Assembly (NCBI RefSeq): GCF_004010195.1
Contig: NC_057719.1
Coordinates: 20,366,362 to 20,430,361 of the forward strand
DNA length: 64,000 bases
Direction: 5' to 3'
Source: Chiloscyllium plagiosum
Taxonomy: Eukaryota
The notes beneath the pieces were generated by a model. It was not told the DNA's origin. It saw only the letters and a program-made list of their open reading frames with translations, and searched no databases. A program made the translations under genes and the position numbers. Every line of letters starts with the position of its first letter. The stretch's first letter is position 1. This document shows positions 1-12,255 of the stretch, one piece after another.

Positions 1-421
1 CCTCACCTTTCCTGTTCCTAACCTCAGCCCAAACTACCTCGGATGGCAAGTCCTCATCCATCGTCCTTTCCACCGCTGTAATACTATCTTTGACAAGCAA
101 TGCCACACCTCCCCCTCTTTTACCCCCACCTCTGTCCCTACTAAAACATTTAAATCCTGGGACCTGCAACAGCCAATCCTGTCCCTGTTCTAGCCATGTC
201 TCCGTAATAGCCACAACATCGAAGTCCCAGGTACCACCCCACGCTGCAAGTTCACCTACCTTATTTCGTATACTTCTTGCATTGAAGTATACACACTTCA
301 AACCACTTTCCTGTTTACAGGCACCCTCCTTTTGAAATTGAGCCATGTTCCTAACCTCCCTACACTCCAGGTCCTGCACCCTAAAGCTACAGTCTGGGTT
401 CCCATGCCCCTGCAGAGTTAG
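1..421 (-). mobile_element. CR1-clade LINE fragment, ORF2 N-terminal APE endonuclease
   Basis: Minus strand reads KCVYFNARSIRNKVGELAAW...VAITETWL...RGGGVALLVKDS (APE motifs); homologous to 63210-63430. Confidence 0.9.
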
Positions 422-984
422 GTGGTCCAATGTCTGTTGATATCTGCTGCTTGCAAGTGCTATATATATCTGAAACCCAACCTACTTCTGTCTGGGCTTT
501 ATTGGCATGAACTAATAGGAAAGACTTGGCATTGTAATGGCAACTATTTAAATTTGTAACTTTTTAAAAAAAAATTGCCATTAATACACAGAAGAATATT
601 TAATCCTGTGGTTTATGCACAAGGACTAATTTTGAAAAGGTCAGCCAAGATCAAATGTCTCAAAATTGAATTCATGGTGCTTTCATACATGCCAAGCATT
701 ACATGGCCTCATGAGACACCAAAGCTGCAGGCAGGATACACATGGTATGCATATGCCACACAGCTTACCCGGTAAATACTCAGAAGGAACAAGAATCACC
801 ATTTTCCATACCTGAAGCAGGCATTAGGCCGTTCAGATAGAAAAAAAAACAGAGCTCTAAAACCTGCTTTGGATCCCTTCCGCAACTTCGAATGGTTTTG
901 AGATAGCCAGTTTCCTGATGCATGTCACCTACATGAGTCTAAAAAGAGGAAAAGCGCTTATCTGGAAGCAGCCTCCAGGCAGAG

Positions 985-1135
985 TGGGAGGCAATGGCCC
1001 TGATGGTATAATTGCTTAAATATTAATCCAATGATCCAGGTAACATTCTGGGGACCCAGATTTTAATCCTGTTTTGGCAGATGGTGCATTCAATAAAAAT
1101 CTGGAATTAAGAGTCAAATGATGACCATGAAACTG
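985..1135 (+). mobile_element. tRNA-derived SINE family B, 5' part
   Basis: Aligns by eye to 8031-8190 (gtgggaggcaatggcc...attaatcca...acccagatt...tctggaattaa). Confidence 0.65.
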
Positions 1136-1469
1136 TAGGCTGGGCTATCGGTGTTGCTCATTAAATCAAATTTAGAGCGCGTACTCACCTTTGAGAGAAA
1201 ATTTCAAACTGTGATCTCGGCAACATGTGGCAGAACAAGGGCAGTAGCCACACAGGAACATCACTGACTGCATGTTTCCTGACAAGATATACACTATCCT
1301 GACTTGGCAGTGCATCAAAATTCCTTCAAAGTGCTGAGTCAAACTGCTGGAATTCCTACCAATCAGTTGCTTCTTAAATTGATGTCTTTCATGCAATGTA
1401 GATAAGCTGTCATTGTTTGTCGAGAGGGAACTCCAAAACTTTGGCCCAATGGCCACAGTTATGTGGCTC

Positions 1470-2330
1470 TTCAGTTAAGTTTCTTGTTAATGCTGGCTTC
1501 CAAGATGTTCATGGTTGGGAGCATAGCGATAGCATTACTGTTGAATTGTCAAAGGAGAGTGATTAGTCAGACACTCACTGGAAATGGTCATTGCTTAGCT
1601 CCTTGTGACTGAAATATTACTTGGCACTTATTAACCCAAACTTGAATGTTGTCCAGGAATTATTTCATGTAAGCTCAGATTGCTCCAGTATTTGAGGAGT
1701 TGAGAATGAAGCTGAACACTATGTAATCATCAGTGAATATTATCACTTCTGAAGTTATATTGGAGGGAAGGTCATTTATAATTTTTTTCTTAAACTTGAT
1801 AATTAATTTATTTTCCTAATTAAGAGCTATTCAGAGATGTTACCACACATCTTTGGAGAAGGTCAGACTTAAACCCAGGCCTCTCAATCTAGGTGTGGGG
1901 ACACGATCACTGCATTACAACAGGGCTGGAAACTCATTTATAAACAGCAGAATTATTTGGGCCAGGATTCCGCACTAATCAAGCTGCAACAATCAAAGCC
2001 ATCTTGGTGTAACTCCAATCAATAAAGAGGTTTCTCATTGACTTCAATTTTTGTAGATCTCTTTGATGCCAAACTCATTCAAATACTGGCTTGATGAAAT
2101 GGGATGTCACTAACTTGTCTGGAATTAAGCTATTTAGTCCATGTTTGAATCAAGGTCTGAGGTAGAGTGGTCCTGGCAGAACTCTGAATGAGTTATTAAA
2201 TGTTCATTGGTTATTGAATGTTGCTTGTTAACACTGTGGATGACATCTTCCATCATTTTGTTGATTGATAGTAAACTGACGAAGCAGTAATTTGTCAGAT
2301 TGAATCTGTAGTGATTTTCTATTCTTGTAT
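1470..2330 (-). mobile_element. Old non-LTR retrotransposon (second LINE family), RT remnant with an internal SINE
   Basis: Minus strand near 1700-1777 reads NDLPSNITSEVIIFTDDYIVFS (decayed FADD motif); similar sequence at 13790-14230 and 14750-15110. Confidence 0.65.
1838..1926 (-). mobile_element. Short tRNA-like SINE family C
   Basis: Reverse complement ctgttgtaatgcagtg...cctgggtttaagtc...ctccaaagatgtgtggtaaca matches 12313-12390. Confidence 0.55.
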
Positions 2331-2599
2331 TTGCATTTGATAGGCGAAATATTACTCCATGATAATTTAAGCAATGTTTTTGACACATCAAAACAATATA
2401 TTGGAATCTAATATTGTGAGGTGTATGCTTCCAATAGCTTGATGTAATTCACTGGGTGTAATAGGCAGGAAATTATACTTGTGTCAGAAACAGATGGTAA
2501 GTGAGAAGACAATGCCAAATTCTCTGCAGTCCTCATCTGTATTTTAATAGCAGGTTGTGGGTGTTTCGTTAGGCAGCAACTGAGGAGATGTTGGCAATA

Positions 2600-3045
2600 G
2601 TCATAGAGACTTGGAGTTATACAATGCAGAAACAGCCGCTTTGGTCCAATTCTTCCATGCCAACCAGACATCCCAATCTGACCAATTCCCATTTGCCAGC
2701 ATTTGGCCCAAATCCCTCTAAATCCTTCTTCATCATTACCCATCCAGATGTCTTTTAAATGTTATATTCTTACTCGCCCCTACCACTTTGTCTGGCAGCT
2801 GACTCCGTACACACGCCGCCCTCTGTTTGAAAACGTTATCCCTCAGATCTTTGTTAAATCTTGCCACTCTCAGCTTAAAATTGTGCCCTTTAGTTTTGGA
2901 CTCCCCTACCCTAGGAAAAAGACCTTAGCTATTCACCTTATCCATGCTGCTCGTGATTTTATCAACCTCTATAAGGTCATGCCTCAGCCTCTGACATCCC
3001 GGGGATTCAACCTATTCAGCTCTGCTTATAAATCAAATCCTCTAG
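2600..3045 (-). mobile_element. HER1/CR1 LINE 3' end
   Basis: Reverse complement of the conserved 3' ORF2/UTR seen at 4630-5023. Confidence 0.8.
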
Positions 3046-3644
3046 AAGTTCTTGGGTTGGTTGTGTAACATTTTGAGTTTTGGGGGGAGATAATGATGAG
3101 GGTCAAGGGTAGACTAGCAGCTTAGACTAGCAGAACCCTACTATTGTTTTGTGGAAACCAAAGGAGACTGTATATTCATACAAAAATCAACAATTTTCAG
3201 AACATTTTATTCCAGCAATCTCCAGGAAACTTTCAGTGAAATTAATCTTGCCCAGTAGAACTGGTTGGAGATTGTGCAGGATGAGTACTTGCTTATTTGT
3301 TGTCAGATTTTCACGTAGGCATCCTGCAACGAGCCTGGGAGCCTGGTGAGAACTTATAACAGCTTAGATGTTATCGTGATGATGGAATTTATGTATTTAT
3401 TTATGAGTGTCATGTTCCTTTGTAAAATGAAGCATGTCCAAAATAGAAATCAGTCTATTTTTTAAAAGTTATGTTTATGGAACATCGCTCTGACCTAGAT
3501 TTGAAATAGGCTGAAAATGTTTTCCACAGTAAAAAAAACTAAAATGATTTACATGTTTAATAGAACTAAATTCAATACATTCAACAGCTCTGACAAGCCC
3601 GATACATGATTACTACTCTAGATTTAGTTAGCAAAATTAAAAGG

Positions 3645-3847
3645 AAAATGTGAGGACTGCAGATGCTGGAGAGTCAGAGTTGAAAAGTGTGGCACTGGAA
3701 AAGCACAGTAGGTCAGGCAGCATCTGAGGAAGAAGGGCTTATGCCCGAAACGCCGATCTCCTGCTCCTTGGATGCTGCCTGACCTGCTGCGCTTTTCCAG
3801 CAGCACATTTTTCAGCTCTGATCTCCAGCATCTGCAGACCTCACTTT
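3645..3847. mobile_element. Short fold-back Penelope-like terminal-repeat insertion
   Basis: Left arm gtgaggactgcagatgctgg...caggcagcatc is the inverse of the right arm; a hammerhead remnant (agggcttatgcccgaaacg) lies at the junction. Confidence 0.8.
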
Positions 3848-4629
3848 ATCCTCTCAACAAAGACTATGTCAATTTGTCTTTGATGTGGAGTTGCATGGCT
3901 CTTAAATCTCAGTTGTTGTTGATAGCTGTATACATCGGTCTTGGAATTAACTTAATTGTTCAAAATGCAAAAGATAATAAAATATGTATGTGACCCAGAC
4001 CCCTGCAACTTTTCATGACTGACAACTTGCTTTTTGATTTGTGCATGAACAGTTATCACTGTTACTTTGCAACAAATGTTGCCCACTGTGATTGACGTCA
4101 GCTGGGCAGAAAGCTGACATTTATCTGACCTGAAATAAGATTTATAGAACATAGAATGTAGAACATAGAACAATACAGCACAGAACAGGCCGTTCGGCCC
4201 ACGATGTTGTGCCAAACATTTTCCTAGCTTAGGACAATTTGTTTAGGTACTTATGTTGTTTCTGAGCCCATATATTTTTCTTAAGGCATGGTGACCAGGT
4301 CTGCTGTCAGTTCTCCAATTGGGATCTAACTAGGATTTTGTGCAGCAGCAGCATAACTACTGCATCCATATACTCCAGCCCTCCGAATAGAAAGGCCAGC
4401 ATTTGTTAGTCTTCTGGGCTAATTGCAGTGTGTTTGTGGGAGAGTGAAGGGGAAGAGGGGAATTACGGAGTAGTCTTTTTGAATGAATATGGAGATCTTG
4501 GCTGAAACCTACATGACTTCGTAAATAATAACATTTTTAATGTATTTCCAAAGTAATTTTGTATTTATTTGAAATGCATGTTGGTTATACGTGAGCTATA
4601 ATAATTATTCTCTATGTCTTGTGTTGTTT

Positions 4630-5023
4630 TATTTCCCATGGAGCATCAGAGGCTGAGGGGTAACAGTATAGAAGTTTATAAAAGCATAAGGGACATGCAT
4701 ACGATAAATAGACAAAGTCTTTTCCCTGTGTTGGGGGAGTCCAGAACTAGAGGGCATAGGTTTAGGGTGAGAGGGGAAAGATATAAAAGAGACCTAAGAG
4801 GCAATCTTTTCACTCAGAGGACGGTACTGTATGGAATGAGCTGCCAGAGGAAGTGGTGGAGGCTGGTACAATTGCAACTGGATGGGTATATGAATCGGAA
4901 GGGTTTGGAGGGATATGGGCCAGGTGCTGGCAGGTGGGATTAGATCGGGTTGGGATATCTGGTCGGCATGGATGAGTTGGACTGAAGGGTCTGTTTCCGT
5001 GCTGTACATCTCTATGACTCTAT
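4630..5023 (+). mobile_element. HER1/CR1 LINE 3' end
   Basis: RLRGNSIEVYK...SRTRGHRFRVRGERYKRDLRGNLF ORF2 C-terminus plus ctctatgactctat tail. Confidence 0.9.
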
Positions 5024-6431
5024 GTGATTTTTGAGTACTTGGAAGTGCATGATGAAACAGGCCTGAGTCAGCACAGCTTTGTTAGAAGGACATCATGCCT
5101 AACAAATCTATTAGAATTCTTTGAGGAGGTAATGAGCAAATTAGACAAAGGACTGCCAGTGGACATGATTTATTTGGATTTCCAGAGGGCCTTTGAGTCT
5201 GCGCCACATTAGAGGCTGCTAAATAAGTTAAGAGCCCATTGTGTTAGGGGCAAGGTACTGGCATAGTTAGAGCCTTGGCTGACATGCAGAAGGCAGAGAG
5301 TGGGGATAATGGGATCTTTTTCATGAATGGCAGCTGGTTAGCAATGGAGTTCCGCAAGGGTCAGTATTGGGGACACAAGCCTTGATATTGTACATTAACG
5401 ATCTGCACAAAGGAAATGAGGGCAATGTTGCAAGATTGCAGATGACACAAAGAAAAGTGGAGGGACAGGTAGTGTTGAAGAAATGGGGAGGAAGTGGCTG
5501 CAGAAGGACATGGACAGGCTAGGAGAGTGGGCAAAGAAGTGGCAAATGGAAACAATATTGGGAAGTGTGAGATTATGCACTTTGTAGGAGGAATGGAGGC
5601 ACAGATTATTTTCTAAATCGAAAAGCCTTCAGAAATCCACAGAACAAAAGGACCTGGGATCCCTCATAATGGAAACAATATTGGGAAGTGTGAGATTATG
5701 CACTTTGGTAGGAGGAATGGAGGCACAGATTATTTTCTAAATCGAAAAGCCTTCAGAAATCCACAGAACAAAAGGACCTGGGATCCCTCATTCAGGATAC
5801 TCTTCTGGTTAATATGCAGGATCAATTAGCAGTTAGAAAAGCAAATGCAATGTTATCATTCTTTTTGAGAGGGCTGGAATTAAAGAGCAAAGATATACTG
5901 TTGAGCATGTATAAGGATATGGTCAGATTGCATTTGGAATATTTTGAGCAGTTTTAGGCCCTCTATCTAAGGAAGGATGTGCTGGCATTAGAGGGGAGTC
6001 CACAGGAGATTCATGAGAACAATTCTGGGGATGAAGGGCTTATCATATGAGGAGAAGTTGACATCCGTACTTAATGGAGTTTAGAAGGACGAGAGGGAAT
6101 CTCAGTGAAACTTACATAATACTGAGAGGTCTGGACAGAGTGGAAGTAGAGAAGGTGTTTCTACTAGTAGGAGGGACTGGGAGTTGAGAGCACAGCTGCA
6201 GAGTGAAGGGGCGATCCTTTAGAACTGAGATGTGGAGGAATTTCTTCAGCCACAGGAACTCCACACTGCAGAAGACTTTGGAGGCCAAGTCATTAAGTGT
6301 ATTTTAGACAGAGATAGGTTCTTGATTAGTAATGAGATCCAGGTTATGGGGAGGAGGAAGGAGAATTGATTAAGGAACATATCAACCATGATCAAATGAC
6401 AGAGCAGGTTTGATGGACTGAATGGCCTAAA
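5024..6431 (+). mobile_element. CR1 LINE RT region to 3' end, degenerate
   Basis: SQHSFVRRTSCLTNLLEFFEEV...DMIYLDFQRAF and GVPQGSVLG motifs. Confidence 0.9.
5545..5791 (+). repeat. Tandem duplication, 2 x about 123 bp, inside CR1
   Basis: 5545-5667 and 5668-5791 are identical except for one extra G. Confidence 0.95.
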
Positions 6432-6640
6432 TAAAAATCAAAAGAACTGTGGATGCTGTAAATCAGAAACAAAAACAGCAGGTCTGGCAGCATCTGTGAA
6501 GAGAAATCAGAATTAACGTTTTTAAGTCTGATGACCCTTCCTCAGAACTGATGGTAATTAGGAAAATGTTGGTTTATATGCAGAAGATAGAGTTGGGGGG
6601 AGGGGCTAAGGAGTAAACGATAGGTTGGGATAGATGGTAC
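6432..6640 (-). mobile_element. Penelope-like 3' terminal remnant (aaagaactgtggatgctg subfamily)
   Basis: Decayed minus-strand hammerhead (ctgaggaagggtca...aaaacgttaa); related copies at 23055-23200, 36170-36255, 43105-43265 and 50862-51045. Confidence 0.65.
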
Positions 6641-8030
6641 ACACTATTACTATTGTGATTCTGACATGGAGGGATTGGATGTTTATGGATGTGGTGCTAT
6701 TCAATTGAGCTACCTTGTCCTGGATGGTGTCAAGCTTCTTGAATGTTGTTGGAGTTGCACCTATCCAGGCAAGTGGAAAATATTCTATCAGACTCCTGAC
6801 TTGTGCCTTGTAAATAGCAAACAGGCTTTGGGGAGTTAGGAGGTGAGTTACTGCAGAATTTCTAGACTCAGAACTGTTCTTGTAGCCATCAAACTTATAT
6901 GGCTAATCCAGTTCAGTTTCTTGTCAATGTGACTCCCAGGATGTTGATGTGCTTTGCTGTCATCTAAAGGTTTGTGTTAACTATGTAGATGTAAGTTTTG
7001 ATCTTATATCTTGCTGATAAGGAGACCTTTTGGATTGGGTCTGAATGAGAGTGAAGTCCTGCTAACGGGCAACAGCAACAAAAATTAAAATAGGAATAAA
7101 ATATAAACAATAGCAAGTTCTTTTTTAGATTTGATATTCTTTTAGTTAAGATCATTGCGATGGAATTCCAATCCACTCACTTTGAATGGATTCACCATCT
7201 TTTGCTGTGCTGTCACTTTTGCAGGTTTTTTTTTTAGATCTGTAGGTTCTCTTTGTCACAATGTTGCAACAGGGACTTAAAAATCTCCATATCAGTCAAA
7301 CTCCATTACGAGCGGTGAATTTCAATGTCTACTGCATCTTGTCAATGGGCTGTAGAGAGAAACAAATGAAAATGACACGTATTGATAACTGTAGGCAACA
7401 GATCAATTTTAATTGCTATTCCCAGGCATTCTTAGCCTGTATCCCAGTGACAGATAACATAGAGCAGAAAGGGCAGTGGACAACGTTTGGCCATTAGAGA
7501 AGTTGGTGGGATTCATGAAAGTATGAAAGAAACTGTCACTAACCTGTGTTACATACCTGCGTCTTTTTTCAATAGCAGTTTCCCTCTCAGTTGATTATTG
7601 TATGATATTTCAATGGGCTGTCATAAGAGATTCATCTTGAAGCTGGCACACAGACAGTTTCATCTGAATGCTAATACTGTTTACAAAACAAGCCTTCCTT
7701 TGCAGGACACTCAGACCCTTATTTGCACACTCTGTGATGATCTGACAGCTGGCTGTCACATTATTGATGTATGTGTCTGAACCATCACTCCATCAGTGTA
7801 GAATGAGTGAAAATGAAAAAGCAGTAAGGTCAGTGCCAATGATGACTGCTGTTTGATTTATGCAGTCCAGTCAATGCAAGATAGATATTTCCATCCAAAT
7901 AAAGCAAAATGTTCAAATCAGTGCTTGGGATACTCATTTCCAGAATACTTTTGCATGAGATGTTCGTGTGGACTGGCAACCAATGTCCAGGCATGATCTC
8001 TCATGCTTGAACTTTTTAGGGTAAAAGGGA

Positions 8031-8367
8031 GTGGGGAGGTGATGGCCCAGTAGCATTATTATTGGATTATTAATCCAGAGACCCAAATAATATTGTGGGA
8101 ACCCAGATTCAAGTCATACCATGGCAGATAATAGAATTTGAACTCAATTGTTAAAAAATCTGGAATTAAAAGTCCAGTAGTAATCACGAATTATTGATTG
8201 TTGGGGGAAAAAACATCTGGTTCACTAACTGCTTTTCGGGAAGGAAACTGCCATCCTTAATAGGTCTGGCCTACATGTGACTCCAGACCAACAGCAAAGT
8301 GGTTGACTCTCAATTGTCCTTTAAATGCCGCCTAGCCAGTGACACCCTCCTCCCATGAATGAATAAA
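8031..8367 (+). mobile_element. tRNA-derived SINE family B, near full length
   Basis: A/B-box-like head and 3' tail gccagtgacaccc...cccatgaatgaataaa; paralogues at 35232 and 62765. Confidence 0.75.
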
Positions 8368-8839
8368 CTTCTTTAAAAAGTAGCTGTAAAGAAAAGGTTT
8401 CCATATTCCTGACAACATTCTCATAAATCTCTTCTGTACAGTGTCCAGTGAGATTGCAGTTTTCCTATGATCCAGGAACCAGAACTGTACATGGTGCTAA
8501 CTGATGTTTTTAACATTTCTAACACAACTTCTTTGTTTTTATATTCTAGACCTCAGTCAGTAAAGGAAGAAATTTCTTGACCTACCTACCCTGCTATCGT
8601 CATGGATAAGCAGACATACACTCCAAGCTGCCAGTTGCTGCATATTCCATTTTCCTATTGTCCTTTCCTGATGCATCTCTTCAAATGTCCATGGATTGAA
8701 TTCCATCTGCCATTTTTCTTGCCCCTCGACTAGTCTATTAACATTTTCCTGTAGTTTACAGCTTTGTTGTTTCTCAGTTTAATTTGAACATTTCTTTCTT
8801 AAACTTTCAATCTTGAAATATAAATTATTGACATATACC

Positions 8840-9124
8840 ATGGATAGCAAGAATCCATTTTTGCGGAAGTTGATGGAAACAGGCTTTCCATCACATAAAC
8901 ATCCATCGACCATAACCATTGACTGAGATGATCATAATCACTGCAAAGCAAACTGGGAGGAGTGTGTAGCAAATCAACTTCATTGTGAAGGAGAATGGGA
9001 GGAGTATGCAGCAAATCTGCACCACAATGAAGAAAACTGGGAAGAGTGTGTCGCAAATCAGTTTCATTGTGAAGCAGACTGGAACCTGAATGGGATTCAA
9101 GACAAAAATGAGGATAAGAATCTA
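8840..9124 (+). pseudogene. Unknown interrupted ORF with a 14-aa tandem repeat
   Basis: ACCATGG start; MDSKNPFLRKLMETGFPSHKHPSTITID*DDHNHCKA-NWEECVANQLHCEG-EWEEYAANLHHNEE-NWEECVANQFHCEA-DWNL; 42-bp repeat at 8945-9085. Confidence 0.4.
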
Positions 9125-10062
9125 TCATCCTCCACCATTTCCGACAATACATCGCATCATCTTCCGCCATTTCCACTAAAACATTGCGTCATCCTCTGCC
9201 ATTTCCGCCACCCACAAACAGACACCATCACCAGAGATATATTACCCTCCCCACCCCTATCTACTTTCTGTAAAGATCATTCCCTCCATGGCTCCCTTGT
9301 CAGGTCCACTACCCCCCACCAACCCACACTTCCCTCCCAGCACCGTCCCATTGCAACCGCAGGAATTGCAAAACCTACACCCACATCTCCCCCTCATCTC
9401 CATCCAAGGCTCTAAAGGAGCTTTCCACATCCATCAGAGTTTTACCTGCACTTCCACACATGTCATTTACTCTATCCATTGCTCCTGATGCGGTCTCCTC
9501 CATGTTGGGGAGACATGGCGCCTAATTGCAGAGGCTTCAGAGAATGTCTCTGGGACACCGGAACCAACCAACTCCACCACCCCGTGGCCAAACACTTCAA
9601 CTCTCCCTCCCACTCCACCAAAGACATGCAGGTCATGGGCCTCCTCCATCGCTATTCCCTTACCACCCGATGATTAGAGGAAGAACACCTCATCTTCTGC
9701 CTCAGAACCCTTCAACCCCACGGTATCAATGTGGATTTCATCAGTTTTCTTATTTCCCCTCTCCCCACCTCATCCCAGTTCCAACCTTCTGACTTGGCAC
9801 TGCCCTCAATGACCTATCCTACCTGTCCATCTTCTTTCCCATCTATCCGCTCCACTCTCCCCTCTGACCTATCACCATTACCCCCATCTACCTATCACAA
9901 TCTCAGCAACCTTCCCACCAGCCCCACCCCACCCCTCCTATTTATCTCTCCACCCTCTCAGCGCACAGCCCCATTTCTGATGAAGGGCTTTTGCCTGAAA
10001 TGTTGATTCACTTGCTCCTCAGAAGCTGACCTGCTGCGTTTTTCCAGCACCACACTCTCGAC
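9125..10062 (+). mobile_element. Penelope-like element, 5'-truncated (GIY-YIG endonuclease plus terminal repeat)
   Basis: VIYSIHCS*CGLLHVGET, HPVAKHFNSPSH, EEHLIFCL..LQP; hammerhead-like ctgatgaagggcttttgcctgaaatgtt near 9977. Confidence 0.9.
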
Positions 10063-10099
10063 ATGAAGAATTTAATTGTCTATTGTCTATTCTGACTTG

Positions 10100-10443
10100 A
10101 AGTGGAGCCAGAGTGTCAGTGGAGAAGAGCCAATCAGCAGGTTAATGGCAGCAGAGCAAATTCTCAATAAAAGCCTGAGGAACGAGCCCCAGATTGAGCT
10201 TAATTGAAGCAGCAGCCAAACTAAACAGAATTCAAAAAGGCTGATTAAAGTGACTTTGGTGTAAGGTGGTGTGATGATTGGTAAATAGTGTGTCAGTTCT
10301 CTCTGTTCACTTTAAAAACATTAACCGTGGATTAGTTCTAGCTTCCTATCTCAAAAAAACATAATTAATTTTCTATTTAGCTTAAATTTATAATACGTGT
10401 TTATTGAACTAAAAATATGGCAGCGGAGCTCGGTCCCATGTGT
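10100..10443 (+). mobile_element. Probable CR1 5' UTR and ORF1 start
   Basis: Ends in ATG GCA GCG GAG CTC GGT CCC ATG TGT (MAAELGPMC), resembling CR1 ORF1 starts; cut off by an antisense HER1 copy. Confidence 0.4.
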
Positions 10444-10447
10444 TACA

Positions 10448-10840
10448 AAGACTCATAAAGTTATACAGCGTGAAAACAGATCCTTTTGGTCCAACCAGTC
10501 CATGCCGAACATAATCCCAAATTCAACTAGCCCCACCTGCCTGCTCCTAGTCCATATACCTTTCCTATTCATAGACTTATTCAAATATCTTTCAAACACT
10601 GCAATTGTGCCCACATCCACCACTTCCTCAGGAAGTACATTGCACTCATGAACCACTCTCTGTGTAAATAAATTGCCTCTCGTGTCATTTTAAAAGCTCA
10701 CTCCTCTCACCTTAAATATGCACATCTTAGTCTTGAAATCCCCCATCCTAGAGAAAAGAAACCTGCCATTAACCCTATCCATAAACTTCTTGATTACATA
10801 AGCTTCTACAAGGTCATCTCTCAACTTCCTATGCTTCATG
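10448..10840 (-). mobile_element. HER1/CR1 3' end
   Basis: LRDDLVEAY...FKTK..FKVRG and LPEEVVDVGTIAVF on the minus strand. Confidence 0.85.
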
Positions 10841-10977
10841 GCCTGCATCCTATTCACTGGATGTAAGAGCCAAAGTGATTTTCTCTTCCCCATGTTCCTA
10901 TAGCCAGACTAAGCATTCTCATTATACGTGGCAGGTAAAGCACACCTGAGCAGTGTAAGTAAATATTTTTCTACATC

Positions 10978-11184
10978 CAGGTGAAAGCGAGGACTGCAGA
11001 TGCTGGAGATTAAAGCCAAGAGTGTGGTGCTGGAAAAGCACCGTAGGTCAGGCAGCATCCGAGGAGCAGGAGAGTTGACGTTTCGGGCAAAAGCTTGATG
11101 AAGGGTTTTTGCCTGAAACGTCGACTCCCCTGCTCCTCGGATGCTGCCTGACCTGCTGCGCTTTTCCAGCAATACACTCTCGAC
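10978..11184. mobile_element. Fold-back Penelope-like mini-insertion
   Basis: Inverted arms joined inside the hammerhead; TSD attt(t/g)tctacatc at 10965-10977 and 11185-11197. Confidence 0.85.
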
Positions 11185-11607
11185 ATTTGTCTACATCTAC
11201 CCTATCGCAATCACAAATGGGTCTCTTATGTCATTTATCAGCCTTTTTTGTTCTTAAAAAAAGAGTCCCACTTGTCCTGTCTTGCCTGGTATTTATAAAG
11301 TCTCTGTACTTGACCCTGAATATCTTTTTTGAACTATTGCATCTACACCTGCATCTATATCTATATCTACCTCCACATCTGTAGGCCTCACCGTCACATG
11401 TTAAATGTCCCCATGTTAGCTTGTTAAGATGGACTATATAGCTTAGGAAATAGCAGCTGACTGAGATTTCTCCACAGGCAGTGATGAATACTTACAAGGC
11501 TGTTGTGATGCAGTGGAGAAAGTGAGGTCTGCAGATGCTGGAGATCAAAGTTGAAACTTTATTGCTGGAACAGCACAGGAGGTCAGGCAGCATCCAGGGA
11601 ACAGGAG

Positions 11608-11643
11608 ATTCGACGTTTCGGGCACAGGCCCTTCTTCAGGAAT
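11608..11643 (-). ncRNA. Minimal type-I hammerhead ribozyme
   Basis: Reverse complement AUUC-CUGAAGA-A-GGGC-CUGU-GCCC-GAAAC-GUC-GAAU has intact core boxes and stems I and II. Confidence 0.85.
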
Positions 11644-12219
11644 GAGCAGAGAGTGTTCAGCAGGAGAAGATAAAAGGTAGGGAGGAGGGACTTGGAGGAG
11701 GGGCGTTGGAAATGTGATAGGTGGAAAGAGGTCAAGGTGAGGGTGATAGGTTTGGAGTAGGATGGAGGCGGAGAGGTCAAGAAGAAGACTGCAGGTCCTC
11801 CCCTTCCTAGACCTTTCTGTTTCTATCTCAGGCGACCGAATCAACACGGACATCTACTACAAACCAACCGACTCCCACAGCTACCTGGACTACACCTCCC
11901 ATCCTGCCCCCTGTAAAAACGCCAACCCATTCTCCCAATTCCTTCGACTCCGCCGCATCTGCTCCCAAGAGGACCAGTTCCAAAAACGCACAACACAGAT
12001 GGCCTCCTTCTTCAAGGACCACAATTTCCCCCCCGACGTGGTCCCTCCAGCCCGGCACCGCTTCCTGACCTGCAGTCTTCTTCTTGACCTCTCCGCCTCC
12101 ATCCTACTCCGACCTATCACCCTCACCTTGACCTCTTTCCACCTATCACATTTCCAACGCCCCTCCTCCAAGTCCCTCCTCCCTACCTTTTATCTTCTCC
12201 TGCTGAACACTCTCTGCTC

Positions 12220-12255
12220 ATTCCTGAAGAAGGGCCTGTGCCCGAAACGTCGAAT
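12220..12255 (+). ncRNA. Minimal type-I hammerhead ribozyme
   Basis: ATTC CTGAAGA A GGGC CTGT GCCC GAAAC GTC GAAT; stem I is ATTC/GAAT, with a GUC cleavage triplet. Confidence 0.85.

Noticed and set aside
4093..4100. CRE palindrome TGACGTCA
   Set aside because: A single 8-mer is expected by chance in 64 kb; no promoter context.
8924..8926. In-frame TGA as selenocysteine
   Set aside because: No SECIS identified; the context fits a mutated Trp codon better.
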